Origin: an uncultured Gemmatimonadales bacterium
GTDB taxonomy: Bacteria; Gemmatimonadota; Gemmatimonadetes; Gemmatimonadales; GWC2-71-9
Direction: 5' to 3'
Length of the DNA: 64,000 nt
Assembly (NCBI GenBank): GCA_963798915.1
Contig: CAWCVB010000006.1
Coordinates: forward strand, 288,001 to 352,000
Shown piece by piece: positions 28,722-38,222 of the stretch. The stretch's first letter is position 1. Every line of letters begins with the position of its first letter. Below the pieces are notes generated by a model, which had not been told where the DNA came from, ran no database searches, and was given only the letters and a program-made list of their open reading frames with translations. Made by a program: the position numbers and the translations under genes.

Positions 28722-30700
28722 GCGCCGGCAGGCTCGGCGGGTGGAATGCCGAGAATGGGCGCCCGACCAGGCGCACCATCGGGCCGAGGCGTGGGAGCGA
28801 GCCGGGCTGGCTCGGGTGTCTCCGGTGGTCGCGGTGGCAGCGTCCCGCCCCGGAAGAGCGTCATCACGGCTTCGTGATCGATGGTCTCGCGTTCCAGAAG
28901 CGCATCAGCCACCCGGTTCAGGAGATCCCGCCGATCGGTCAGGATGGTGTGGGCGCACTGGTAGGCAGCATCCAGCAGCGCCTTTACTTCCTCGTCGACG
29001 ATCCGGGCCGTGTGCTCTGAGATTTCACGCCGCTGGGCAAAATCGCGGCCCAGGAAGACTTCCTGCTCACGCTCGCCCACCGCCATCAGGCCGACGCGAT
29101 TGCTCATGCCGAATGTGGTGACCATCTGCCTGGCAATATTGGTGGCGATCTGGATGTCACTCCCCGCACCAGTGGTAACCTTGGAAGGCCCGAAGACCAG
29201 TTCCTCGGCCACCCGTCCGCCAAAACTGATGGCGAGTCGGCCCACCAGAAATTCCCGCGTGTGGCCATAACGGTCGCGCTCGGGGAGCGAATGCATGACG
29301 CCAAGCGCCCGCCCGCGTGGAACAATGGTGACCTTGTGCACCGGGTCCGCGCCAGGCGTGTACAGCGAGACCACCGTGTGGCCGGCCTCGTGGAAGGCGG
29401 TGAGGCGACGATCCTCCTCCGAGAGCACGAGGCTCCGCCGCTCCAGGCCAAGGGTGACCTTGTCCTTGGCATCCTCGAAGTCGGCCATGCCCACGAGGGA
29501 CTTGTTGCGCCGGGCCGCCAGGACAGCCGCTTCGTTCACCAGATTGGCCAGGTCCGCGCCAGCCATGCCGGGGGTACCCTTGGCAACCACGTCGAGCTTC
29601 ACGTCACTGGCGAGGGGAATCTTCCGGGTGTGAACGCGCAGGATGCCCTCCCTGCCCTTCACGTCGGGCGCGTCGACCACGATCTGCCGGTCAAAGCGTC
29701 CTGGCCGCAGCAGCGCCGGATCGAGCACATCGGGCCGGTTGGTCGCCGCCAGCAGGATGACTCCGTCATTCGATTCGAAACCATCCATTTCCACCAGCAG
29801 CTGGTTGAGCGTCTGCTCCCGCTCGTCATGACCGCCACCCAGCCCGGCTCCCCGATGCCGGCCCACCGCGTCAATCTCATCGATGAAAATGATGCAGGGC
29901 GCGTGGGCCTTCCCCTGCTCGAAGAGGTCACGAACGCGCGAGGCGCCAACACCAACAAACATTTCGACAAAGTCGGATCCGGACATGGAAAAGAACGGAC
30001 GTCCGGCCTCGCCGGCCACCGCGCGGGCGAGCAGGGTCTTGCCCGTACCGGGCGGGCCCACCAGCAAGGCCCCCTTGGGCAATCGCCCTCCAAGGCGCGT
30101 GAACTTCTGCGGGTCCTTGAGGAACTCGATGATTTCCTGCAGTTCAACCTTGGCCTCATCCGCACCGGCGACGTCCGCGAAGGTCACCTTGGGCGTGTCA
30201 CCGGCCAGCAGCTTGGCCTTCGATTTCCCGAACGCGAACGCGCGGCTGCCGCCCGCCTGCAGTTGCCGCATCAGGAAGATCCAGAGCGCGATGATCACGA
30301 CCCACGGAAGCGCCGCAATGAGAATGGCCGCCAGGGCTCCTCGCTGCTCCTTGGCCTTGATGATGACACCCGCGTCCTCCAGCCGCTTGACGAAGGCCTC
30401 GCTATCGGCCACGGGGAGGAGCACCTTGAAGCTCTTCACCGCGTGCCCGCTCACGGTCACCGGCGCCCGGAAGTCTCCCTCGATGTACTTGCCATCGAAG
30501 ATCTCGACGCTCGAGACATTGTGGGCCTCCAGCTGCTGACTGAATTGCGTGTAGGAGAGCTCCTGCGATGCGGCCCGCTGGCTGTTGATGTACTGAAACG
30601 CAGCGAGCGCCACGAGGCCGAAGAGCACCCACAACGCGAGATTCTTGCTCAAATTGCCCCAGCTGCCCTTGGGAGGGCGGGGCGGCAGTCGTTCCGCCAT
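28718..30700 (-). CDS. ftsH: ATP-dependent zinc metalloprotease FtsH
   Basis: Two TMs, [28 protein letters not shown]. Confidence 0.98.
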   Translation of the reverse strand: MAERLPPRPPKGSWGNLSKNLALWVLFGLVALAAFQYINSQRAASQELSYTQFSQQLEAHNVSSVEIFDGKYIEGDFRAPVTVSGHAVKSFKVLLPVADSEAFVKRLEDAGVIIKAKEQRGALAAILIAALPWVVIIALWIFLMRQLQAGGSRAFAFGKSKAKLLAGDTPKVTFADVAGADEAKVELQEIIEFLKDPQKFTRLGGRLPKGALLVGPPGTGKTLLARAVAGEAGRPFFSMSGSDFVEMFVGVGASRVRDLFEQGKAHAPCIIFIDEIDAVGRHRGAGLGGGHDEREQTLNQLLVEMDGFESNDGVILLAATNRPDVLDPALLRPGRFDRQIVVDAPDVKGREGILRVHTRKIPLASDVKLDVVAKGTPGMAGADLANLVNEAAVLAARRNKSLVGMADFEDAKDKVTLGLERRSLVLSEEDRRLTAFHEAGHTVVSLYTPGADPVHKVTIVPRGRALGVMHSLPERDRYGHTREFLVGRLAISFGGRVAEELVFGPSKVTTGAGSDIQIATNIARQMVTTFGMSNRVGLMAVGEREQEVFLGRDFAQRREISEHTARIVDEEVKALLDAAYQCAHTILTDRRDLLNRVADALLERETIDHEAVMTLFRGGTLPPRPPETPEPARLAPTPRPDGAPGRAPILGIPPAEPAGA

Positions 30701-31267
30701 CTAGTCGTCCGACTCCAGATCCCCGATAAACGGGAGATGTCTAAAGTTCTCCGCGTGGTCCAGGCCGTAACCGACCAGGAACGCGGGAGGTGCATCAAAG
30801 CCGACGAAGCGCAGCCCCGGCGGCGTGCGAGGCGCCACATGCTTGTCCAGCAGGGCGCAAATAGAAATGCTCTGCGGATTGCGGTTGCAGAGGATTTCCA
30901 TGAGGCGCACCAGGGTGCGCCCCGAATCGATTATGTCCTCGACCAGCAGAATGTGCTTGCCGGCCAGCTCGGTTTCCGGATCATAGAGCAGCCGGACCGT
31001 CCCGCTGGAGACTGTTCCGCGCCCATACGAGCTGGCAACGAGGAAGTCCACGTGAATGGGCCGCTCGATACGCCGCACCAGGTCGCTGAGGAAGATGAAA
31101 CTGCCCTTCAGCAGGCCGAGCACGAGCAACTCGCCATCCGGATAGGCGGCCGTGATTTCAGCCCCAAGTTCCGCAACCCGGCGCGCGATCGTTGCCTCGT
31201 CAAAGACGATTGAGCGCATCCGCCGGCCGCCGGTGCGGCGCAGGACATCAGGGCTGGATAGCGTCAA
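30701..31267 (-). CDS. hpt: Hypoxanthine phosphoribosyltransferase
   Basis: LLKGSFIF, LVEDIIDSGRTL, FLVGYGLD; start could be ATG 31219. Confidence 0.96.
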   Translation of the reverse strand: MTLSSPDVLRRTGGRRMRSIVFDEATIARRVAELGAEITAAYPDGELLVLGLLKGSFIFLSDLVRRIERPIHVDFLVASSYGRGTVSSGTVRLLYDPETELAGKHILLVEDIIDSGRTLVRLMEILCNRNPQSISICALLDKHVAPRTPPGLRFVGFDAPPAFLVGYGLDHAENFRHLPFIGDLESDD

Positions 31268-32579
31268 TCCTCAGGGCCTCCGTTCCGGGTTCCGGCAGAT
31301 CTGCCTGGCTTCGGCACACTCCGGGCAGCCAGAGTGCGCTGCCCTCCAGCTCGATCACCGGCCACCGGCGCCGCTGACTTGACGGGATCCGCGCCTCCTG
31401 GAGAAGGCGCACCAATGGCCGATGCCCAAGGCTCCCCAGCGGTTGCATTCGCTCGCCCGTGCGGGGCGGACGCACCGCCATCCCGGCAACGCCAAACCAG
31501 GCGACCGCGCCCCGGCGTTCCTGGCGCGCAGGCGCCTCGTCAGGAGTGACATGCAGCCTCCAGCCGCCCCACCGGAACTCACTTTCTCCGGCCGTGAGCT
31601 GAAGGCGCTCTGGTACCGGCTCCGGACGCTCCAGGCGCAGGCGCCCGAAGGCGCTGGCCGCGCTCCACCCCTGACCCAGCGGCACCCAACGCCCACTTCC
31701 ACCGCTCCTAGCGAGCCCCAATGCACGTTCCGCACCGACCCTGCTGAGTACCAGTCCGACGCGTCGGGCAAGTGCCTCCAGCACGGCCAACGACACTTGG
31801 GAAGAATACCCCCCCAGCGTCCCCCCAGCAACGGAAATACCGTCGCTCTCACCGACCACATCGAGGTTCGGCAGCAGGTCCAGCACTGCATCCCACGCAT
31901 CCCGCCGCTCGGCTGATCGCGTCGCAACCCGGTCCAGCGTCTCGGTGACGCGCGGCCAGCGACCTTCGAGCAGCGGCATCATCCGATGGCGAATCCATGC
32001 ACGGTCATGCCGCAGGTCACGATTGGCGGGATCACTCCAGTGCCCGAGGCCGCGAAGGTGCAGGTACTGCGCCAGTTCGTCACGCCTGAAGGGCAGAAGG
32101 GGACGCAGGATCCGGCCATCATCGGCAGCCATCGCCGCCAGGCCGGCAGGTCCGCTCCCCCGGATCACTCGCATCAGGACGGTTTCCGCCTGGTCATCGA
32201 GATGGTGCGCCGTCACGATGAAATTGGCCTCGGTGGCCATCCGCATCCGTTCGAGTGCGGACCAGCGCCCTGCCCGGGCCAGGGTTTCAGTGGCGTCTGC
32301 CCCGAGTTCCAGCCGCTCCAGGACAAATGCGAGATTGCGACGCGCCGCCTCCGCTGCCACGTCATCGGCAACCGCCGGGCTGGCTGCCGCGATGCCATGA
32401 TCCACGTGCGCCACTGTCAGCATCAACTCGAATTCCGCCGCGCACCTGGCCAGCAGCTCGAGCAGGGCCAACGAATCGGCGCCGCCCGAGACCGCCACCA
32501 GCAACCGCGTGCGTCGGACACCGAGCGACCGTAAGGCGCGCTCGAATTGCTGCTGGAGATTGCTGGGAGACGTGGTCAT
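31248..32579 (-). CDS. tilS: tRNA(Ile)-lysidine synthetase
   Basis: VAVSGGADS, HVDHG, TAHHLDDQAETVLMR, RPLL; tilS-hpt-ftsH-folP synteny. Confidence 0.96.
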   Translation of the reverse strand: MTTSPSNLQQQFERALRSLGVRRTRLLVAVSGGADSLALLELLARCAAEFELMLTVAHVDHGIAAASPAVADDVAAEAARRNLAFVLERLELGADATETLARAGRWSALERMRMATEANFIVTAHHLDDQAETVLMRVIRGSGPAGLAAMAADDGRILRPLLPFRRDELAQYLHLRGLGHWSDPANRDLRHDRAWIRHRMMPLLEGRWPRVTETLDRVATRSAERRDAWDAVLDLLPNLDVVGESDGISVAGGTLGGYSSQVSLAVLEALARRVGLVLSRVGAERALGLARSGGSGRWVPLGQGWSAASAFGRLRLERPEPVPERLQLTAGESEFRWGGWRLHVTPDEAPARQERRGAVAWFGVAGMAVRPPRTGERMQPLGSLGHRPLVRLLQEARIPSSQRRRWPVIELEGSALWLPGVCRSQADLPEPGTEALRIDAIQP

Positions 32580-32642
32580 GGCAATAGCGGAATGAAACAC
32601 CACCGCGCACGACCGGAAAGGACTGGCCGCGCCTGCTCCGGA

Positions 32643-33824
32643 TCAGTCTGGAACCGGTAGCTGCCTGGCTGGAGCCGGGAAGAGACGCCGCAGGCGGCGG
32701 CGTCCGAAACGCCAACCGCGCAACGGCAACCGCAGCAGCCAACGGAGCGGGGCCACGTAATGCTCGACCGTGCTTCTGCGCAGCAGCCGGCGCACCGCCT
32801 GATCCAGGTCCGATGGCAGGCCATGCTGCAGGACCTGATCGTAGTTATGCCGGGAGACGAGATGTCCGGATGCTGGAAGGCCCTCAACCGAGGCTGCGAG
32901 CGTGGACGTTCCTTCCAGCGTGGGAAAGGCGTCGAGGACCCCCAGCGACGCAAGCATCAAGCGAGTGCGAACACACTTGCCACAGCGCGAGCAATTGAGA
33001 CGGGCATCCCGGTTCTCCCAGCAGACCCGCAGGTACTGCCGAGCCAGTGGCTCATTCGCCAGGAGCCGCAGCTTCTCGAAGCGCGCATAATCTTCGCCTA
33101 CATGCTCTATGGCGAGATGGTCGTCACTCCAGAGCGGATCCAGATCTGGATGGGATCCCCAGGGGCGATGCATCATCCTGGGAAACGACGAGGAGATCAA
33201 CAGGCGGCCCAGCCGATCCGACAGCATGTGACCGACGGCTGCCAGTGCGCCACCATGGGTGCGTCCCCAGTGCACGCTGCGATAGTCGGGATGCTGTCGG
33301 AGATTGGTGCGTACCACTACCACACGCGCACCGCAGATGCGCGCCACGGCCTCTGCCTGCTCACGAACGGCCCGTGCCCGTTCCGTGTCAGCGAGCGGAA
33401 TGTCGAAACCGTGCACGAAGACCAGCCAATCCACTTGACGGCCGGCGGCCAGCAGGGAGAAAAATGAATCGACGCCACCGGTGAACCCGAGGCCCGTCAT
33501 TGGGCTCCGCGCCGGCGCATCGGTCGGCTCCCGGATCATGACGGCCGGCTGCAGCTGCGGGTAGCGCCACCAGGCCCGACAGAAATGCATGATCGCACCC
33601 AGATGGCTGACCCATGCGGCCGCAACTGGCCCCTCCAGCACCAGACGCCGCTTCGCGGCGAGTGCGGGAATCAAGAACGCAGAGCCGAAACCTTCAGTGG
33701 AAGGCAGGAGCGCAGCATCCTCGCACTCGAACCACACCTCCGTCTCGCCCACCTCGGCCGAGACGCGCCAGCCTCCGGTGCTCCGCTCCAATCGGGGCGT
33801 GCCAATGCGAAGCTCATCTCCCAT
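32643..33824 (-). CDS. Uncharacterised PP-loop ATPase with QueC-like Cys4 motif
   Basis: GFTGGVDS PP-loop; LRVCWENRDARLNCSRCGKCVRT; overlaps the upstream gene. Confidence 0.75.
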   Translation of the reverse strand: MGDELRIGTPRLERSTGGWRVSAEVGETEVWFECEDAALLPSTEGFGSAFLIPALAAKRRLVLEGPVAAAWVSHLGAIMHFCRAWWRYPQLQPAVMIREPTDAPARSPMTGLGFTGGVDSFFSLLAAGRQVDWLVFVHGFDIPLADTERARAVREQAEAVARICGARVVVVRTNLRQHPDYRSVHWGRTHGGALAAVGHMLSDRLGRLLISSSFPRMMHRPWGSHPDLDPLWSDDHLAIEHVGEDYARFEKLRLLANEPLARQYLRVCWENRDARLNCSRCGKCVRTRLMLASLGVLDAFPTLEGTSTLAASVEGLPASGHLVSRHNYDQVLQHGLPSDLDQAVRRLLRRSTVEHYVAPLRWLLRLPLRGWRFGRRRLRRLFPAPARQLPVPD

Positions 33825-34728
33825 GAATCGTCTCTGTCGCGAGCAGGGATGGCCGGCGGACCGGGTTGTGAGGCCGTTGCAGCGGGAGGATTGCCAGGCG
33901 TGCGCGCACTTGTGCCGGCGTCGCGATGCCACGTTCCAGGGTGTGGGCAAGCGCAACTACCCGCTCCACCAGCTGGCGATTGCGAGCCAGCGTGGTGCGG
34001 CGATCGTCCAGCCAGATATTGTCTTCGAGGCCCACCCGCACGCCATCGCCCCAGAGCAGGCCGAGGGTATTCGCCCTGAGCTGCTGGCGGCCGATGCCTG
34101 CAAGGCACCAGATGGATTCCGCCGGCAGGGCGCTCAGGATCGCAGCGAGCTGGGCCGGCGTGGCCTGCGCACTCGCAATGTTGCCGAGCAAGATGTTGAA
34201 GTAGTATGGCGGCGTAAGGGCGCCTTTTTCGATCAGGTAGTGAGCGTAATTCACCATGCCGACGTCGAAGACTTCCAGTTCCGGCCTGATGCCGCGTTCC
34301 TGCATCCTCTCGGCCAACTGACGCACCATCTTCGGCGCGTTGATGCTTGCCTGTTGCGGAAAATTCAGCGACGCCAGCGTCAGGCTTCCCATGTCGGGGC
34401 GAAGATCGCCCCGAAGTTCCAGGGGATCGGCACGCTGCTCCAATGCGCCGAAGTTGCGCCCGCTGAGCGACACGCAAATCGTCAGGTCAGGGTGCTGCTC
34501 GCGGATCGCAGCAATCTGGCGCGCGTAGATCTCCCGACCATAGTGCGGCGCCCCATTCGCATCGCGGGCATGCAGGTGCACCAGGTTCGCGCCCGCCTGG
34601 ACGCATTCCACCACGTCGGTCACAATCTCGGCGGGCGTCAGGGGAACGTATGGCGTCAGGGCTTTCGTCGGCACCATGCCGGTGGGACAGAAGTTGATGA
34701 TCGCTGGACGATGCTCGGGCCCCGTCAT
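33814..34728 (-). CDS. Beta-keto acid cleavage enzyme (BKACE/DUF849, Kce family)
   Basis: PTG, VPLTPAEI, VHLHARD (metal-binding His pair), PELEVFD, RVGLEDN. Confidence 0.93.
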   Translation of the reverse strand: MTGPEHRPAIINFCPTGMVPTKALTPYVPLTPAEIVTDVVECVQAGANLVHLHARDANGAPHYGREIYARQIAAIREQHPDLTICVSLSGRNFGALEQRADPLELRGDLRPDMGSLTLASLNFPQQASINAPKMVRQLAERMQERGIRPELEVFDVGMVNYAHYLIEKGALTPPYYFNILLGNIASAQATPAQLAAILSALPAESIWCLAGIGRQQLRANTLGLLWGDGVRVGLEDNIWLDDRRTTLARNRQLVERVVALAHTLERGIATPAQVRARLAILPLQRPHNPVRRPSLLATETIHGR

Positions 34729-35291
34729 GCTCGCACTCCCGCGCGCTGCTCCGCCACCAGATGGGTGAGTGACTCGCGCCCCGGAAAGCCGCGATGCAGC
34801 GCCCACCATGTCTGGGCGCGCAGGTGAAAACGATGGAGCGCATGCCGAATCGGCTCTTCACCCACAGGCGCGTAGCCAAAGTGGCGTTGATACCAGGCGA
34901 TTGCCGCCGGGTCGTCGCTCCAGGTATGAATGCGCCGCGCGCCGGCGTCCCACATTGCCGCCATCCGGCTCCGCTGGAGCGCGCCGCCGACGCCGGAGCT
35001 CCGATGTGAGTGCAGCACGCTGATCAGCACGGTCTTGGCGGCGCGGGTGTCCCAATCAAGCCAGTCCCAGCAACAGAACCCCACCACGACGTCATTCTCG
35101 AGGGCCAGGAGCGCGCGCTCACCGAGGTCCACATCCACGATTGCATTGCGCATCGACAGCAGCGACTCAGCTGGGCAATCAGGGTCAGCGAGCGGCATCG
35201 GCCCGAGCAGGTGCACCCGGTATTCAGCGAGCACGCCAAACACGGCCGGCATGTCCGAGGCCTCGGGAGGGCGAATCCGGAAGGCGCTCAT
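34725..35291 (-). CDS. GNAT family N-acyltransferase
   Basis: FRIRPPEASD, VVGFC, motif A SVLHSHRSSGVGGAL, AIAWYQRHFGY; ATGA overlaps at both ends. Confidence 0.85.
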   Translation of the reverse strand: MSAFRIRPPEASDMPAVFGVLAEYRVHLLGPMPLADPDCPAESLLSMRNAIVDVDLGERALLALENDVVVGFCCWDWLDWDTRAAKTVLISVLHSHRSSGVGGALQRSRMAAMWDAGARRIHTWSDDPAAIAWYQRHFGYAPVGEEPIRHALHRFHLRAQTWWALHRGFPGRESLTHLVAEQRAGVRA

Positions 35292-35542
35292 TGAGGCGGC
35301 TTGCCCATGACGGCCTCCTGTGGCGCGGCCGCGACGGGACAGGTGTCGACGCGAGGCCACAGCCGTAGCGCCCGTCGCCAGTCGCGAGATGTGTTCAACC
35401 CTTGCTGCGCATCCTGCGCCCAGTCCGCCCCTGAAGCCACGAGCCGCCCGCGCAGCTCCGAGGGCGACGACAGCCATGCCGACGCGAACGTCTCATGAGC
35501 GGACCGATGCAACGGACTGGCAATTACCAGCTCAGGCGCCAT
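35288..35542 (-). CDS. Possible 84-aa hypothetical protein or gene remnant
   Basis: Its stop overlaps the GNAT start (ATGA) and it fills the gap; no recognisable motif. Confidence 0.4.
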   Translation of the reverse strand: MAPELVIASPLHRSAHETFASAWLSSPSELRGRLVASGADWAQDAQQGLNTSRDWRRALRLWPRVDTCPVAAAPQEAVMGKPPQ

Positions 35543-35654
35543 GGCGAGCTTTCAGGAAATCGGTCCACTATTAACAGAGGTCAGGGCTGGAACCAGCAAG
35601 GAGCAGGCCACCGACAGAACGGGCAGCGCGGGCGGGACGAGGGGGACGAGCAGG

Positions 35655-36431
35655 TTAGGGCGTAAGATCCAGATGCCAGCTGATCGCGACGAATTCCGGC
35701 GCCAGGAGAACTCTCGGAGGACGAAGACCGAAGATGCGCCACCGGCCACTGATGAGTCGCGCGCTGGTCACGCCGATGGCCGCGCCGCTCGCCACGTCGC
35801 TGAGCCAGTGGCGATCATCATTGAGCCGGGACAGCGCCGTGCCGGTCGCCAGCGTGAAGAGCATCACCGAGCCAGCCCGGCTGTGGAGATCGTCGGACAG
35901 TGACGTCGCCACCGCGAAGGCCACAATCGTGTGACCCGACGGCAACGAGCCCCGGAGTTCGTTGCCAGCGGAGTCGCTCGCGGTGGAGAAGGGATCGAAG
36001 TCCGTGGCGCTGCGGAATCCCGCCGGGCGTCCTCGCCCCAGCCCCAGCTTGATGACGCTGCCCACGATTCCGCCGGCGCCAATGCTCGCGACCGCTCGAA
36101 GCCCCGCGTCACGAATGGACGGTGCCCCGGTGACCACACCCAGCAGCGCGATGCCCGCGGTTGACGCCACCATGACCCGCGGATCGCCGGCCTGGCGAAA
36201 GACGGAGGCAACGTCGTCGGTGGTGGAAGTGCGTCTCCGCTGCACCCATCGCTCGACTGGCGCATCGACCGTGAACAGGAGCAGCGATCCCGCCGTAACG
36301 CTTGCTGCCTCGTACCAATGGATTGAGTGATAGCCCGTATCGGCGACGACCACCGGACACGGCGCCTTGTCGGGAACACGCGCCGTGGCAACCGAGGCCG
36401 CCAGCAAAACCGCCAGGGTGCCGGAGATCAT
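35655..36431 (-). CDS. PAP2 family phosphatase
   Basis: KLGLGRGRP, LPSGHT, SRLNDDRHWLSDV. Confidence 0.92.
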   Translation of the reverse strand: MISGTLAVLLAASVATARVPDKAPCPVVVADTGYHSIHWYEAASVTAGSLLLFTVDAPVERWVQRRRTSTTDDVASVFRQAGDPRVMVASTAGIALLGVVTGAPSIRDAGLRAVASIGAGGIVGSVIKLGLGRGRPAGFRSATDFDPFSTASDSAGNELRGSLPSGHTIVAFAVATSLSDDLHSRAGSVMLFTLATGTALSRLNDDRHWLSDVASGAAIGVTSARLISGRWRIFGLRPPRVLLAPEFVAISWHLDLTP

Positions 36432-36447
36432 CGCAAAGGCATACGGG

Positions 36448-36837
36448 TCAACTGTAGGCGGCGCCGCTGTGACTGGTCGCTGTCACAGTCAGCAGAAAGA
36501 TTGCGCCGTCGGCCGAATGTACGGCATGTCGAACGCCCGGCCCGAGCGCAGCGACGGAGCCGGCCATCAGCGGCAGGTCCCGGCCACCAGTCTCCACAAC
36601 CACGTTGCCCTCAAGCACCTGCAGGGTGACTGGCCCACGGGCCTGATGCTCGCGCATGGACCCACCCGGCTTCAATCCGACAAGCGTCACGCTGAGTGGA
36701 CCCTGAGGGCCTTCCTTCACTAAAGTGCGAGCCGAGCGGGCCGGTGCGACCGCCAGGCTCTCGCGCAGGCGTCGGATTTCCTCATCAAGAGCAAAGGTGA
36801 GCACATCGCCGGTGAGCGGGCGGTCAACTGAAGACAT
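36448..36837 (-). CDS. Cupin domain protein
   Basis: EHQARGPVTLQVLEG, GVRHAVHS; GGAGGAG RBS before ATG 36837. Confidence 0.9.
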   Translation of the reverse strand: MSSVDRPLTGDVLTFALDEEIRRLRESLAVAPARSARTLVKEGPQGPLSVTLVGLKPGGSMREHQARGPVTLQVLEGNVVVETGGRDLPLMAGSVAALGPGVRHAVHSADGAIFLLTVTATSHSGAAYS

Positions 36838-36929
36838 GCGACTCCTCCGGTGAGTGACGGGCAGCGCCTGCAACCTGCACCAGCAGCCTGGTGCGCATCG
36901 GAAAGGTAGCCCCGTCCCCTACCCGGCCG

Positions 36930-37850
36930 TCATGCCGACGCCAGGATCCGGTCAAGCTCGGCCAGCTCTCGCTCGCCCAGCTGCCAGTCGGCCGCCCGCG
37001 CATTGGCACGCACCTGGTCCGGCGTGGTCGCGCCGGCAATGACCGAGGCAACGGCGGGTTGGCGCAGCAGCCAGGAGAAGGCCAGTGCGAGAATCGTATG
37101 ATCTCGGGACGCGCTGAACGCCATCAGCTGCTCGACAATGGCAAGGTTGTGATCATTGAACAGATCGGCATGGCGCCCGGACGCGATGCGGCTCCCCGGC
37201 GGCGGGGCATGGCCCAGCCGGTACTTCCCCGTCAGCATCCCGCTTGCCAGCGGAAAATACGGGATGAAAGCCAGGTTGAATGCACGGCAGAGCGGGAGCA
37301 ATTCGGGTTCCGGCTTGCGGTGCAGAAGGCTGTATTCATTCTGCACGCTCACGAACCTGGCGGCACCGGTGGCGGCCGCCTCATTGGCTTCGCGCAGTTG
37401 GGCTGGCGAAAAATTGGAGCAGCCGATCTCGCGCACCTTGCCGGCCACCACCAGATCATTCAGCGCCGAAAGGGTTTCGGCGATCGGCACAGCCGGATCG
37501 GGGAAGTGCAGCTGGTAGAGGTCAATACGGTCGGTCCCAAGCCGCTGCAGGCTGTCCTCGACAGCCCGGCGAACGTAGTCCGGCCGGGCGCCTCCATGGG
37601 TATCGTCCAGTTTGCTGCCAAACTTGGTCGCCAGGACGACCTGGTTTCGGCGGCCCGCCAGTGCCTTGCCAATAAAGACTTCACTTCGCCTGTTGCCGTA
37701 ACTGTCGGAGGTGTCAAGGAAGGTGATGCCGGCGTCGAGCGCAGCGTGCACAACGTCCGCCGTGGCAACCGCATCGAGTTTGTTCCCGAAGTTGTTGCAT
37801 CCAAGGCCGACTTCGGAAACCTTCAGACTGCCAATAAGTCGTGACTTCAT
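36930..37850 (-). CDS. Aldo/keto reductase
   Basis: GLGCNNFG, DTSDSYG, LATKFG, SLQRLGTDRIDLYQLH, IGCSN. Confidence 0.96.
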   Translation of the reverse strand: MKSRLIGSLKVSEVGLGCNNFGNKLDAVATADVVHAALDAGITFLDTSDSYGNRRSEVFIGKALAGRRNQVVLATKFGSKLDDTHGGARPDYVRRAVEDSLQRLGTDRIDLYQLHFPDPAVPIAETLSALNDLVVAGKVREIGCSNFSPAQLREANEAAATGAARFVSVQNEYSLLHRKPEPELLPLCRAFNLAFIPYFPLASGMLTGKYRLGHAPPPGSRIASGRHADLFNDHNLAIVEQLMAFSASRDHTILALAFSWLLRQPAVASVIAGATTPDQVRANARAADWQLGERELAELDRILASA

Positions 37851-37954
37851 GAGCTCCAGCCAGTGCGTGACAGTGGCAAGCTAATCACGGAAAGGATGTC
37901 GGCAGCGGCTTGAACACACGGAGCGGAATGAGGAGGCCCGCGCGACTCGCGGGT

Positions 37955-38126
37955 ATGGCAGGGGCGGGACTCGAGCCGAGGGCCGAGACCCCAGAAAAAG
38001 CCGCGGGTTACGAGACTCGTGTCCCGCGACCCGCGACCGATAGCAGGGGCGGGACTCGAGCCGAAGGCCGAGGCCCTGATCCTGGTATTGCAGCGAACCG
38101 AAATGCATAGCAGGGGCGGGACTCGA
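37955..38126. repeat. Direct repeats of the tRNA-Met 3-prime end (two 37-bp copies plus the tRNA's own 20 bp)
   Basis: 37955-37991 and 38040-38076 match at 34/37 nt; atagcaggggcgggactcga at 38040-38059 equals 38107-38126. Confidence 0.92.
37993..38030 (-). terminator. Probable intrinsic terminator downstream of tRNA-Met
   Basis: Minus strand reads GTCGCGGG-ACACGAGTCTCGTAA-CCCGCGGC followed by TTTTTCT. Confidence 0.65.
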
Positions 38127-38181
38127 ACCCGCGACCCCGGCATTATGAGTGCCGTGCTCTAACCAGCTGAGCTACCCTGCC
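38108..38181 (-). tRNA. tRNA-Met (CAT), probably elongator; CCA not encoded
   Basis: GGCAGGG...CCCTGCT-A acceptor stem, anticodon arm CGGCA-CTCATAA-TGCCG, GGTTCGAGTCC; lacks the three G-C anticodon-stem pairs of initiator tRNA. Confidence 0.95.
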
Positions 38182-38192
38182 AAGGAGCGGCA

Positions 38193-38222
38193 ATCCTAGC
38201 CGCGCGGCCGGCCGGCCGTCAA
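38193..38222 (-). promoter_or_regulatory. Candidate sigma70 promoter of tRNA-Met
   Basis: TTGACG (38222-38217), 18-nt spacer, TAGGAT (38198-38193), 11 nt before the tRNA. Confidence 0.55.

Noticed and set aside
32643..33824. Qat or type IV CBASS defence system
   Set aside because: No QatA/QatB/TatD, cyclase or TGT-like partner genes are adjacent.
35621..35640. Distal att copy of the tRNA-Met end (gggcagcgcgggcgggacga)
   Set aside because: Only about 9 contiguous matching bases in GC-rich DNA; plausible by chance.
37955..38126. Mini CRISPR array (37-bp hairpin repeats with 30-48 nt spacers)
   Set aside because: Only two full repeats, the sequence derives from the tRNA 3-prime end, spacers are unequal, one spacer is a terminator-like hairpin, and there are no cas genes.
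37847..38143. ORFs overlapping tRNA-Met and its repeats
   Set aside because: They are translations of RNA and repeat sequence with no protein features.
38108..38181. tRNA-Ile2 (CAT) substrate of the nearby tilS, or initiator tRNA
   Set aside because: It lacks the C4-G69/C5-G68 pairs used by E. coli TilS and the initiator features; it resembles elongator tRNA-Met. Ile2 is not fully excluded without a covariance model.
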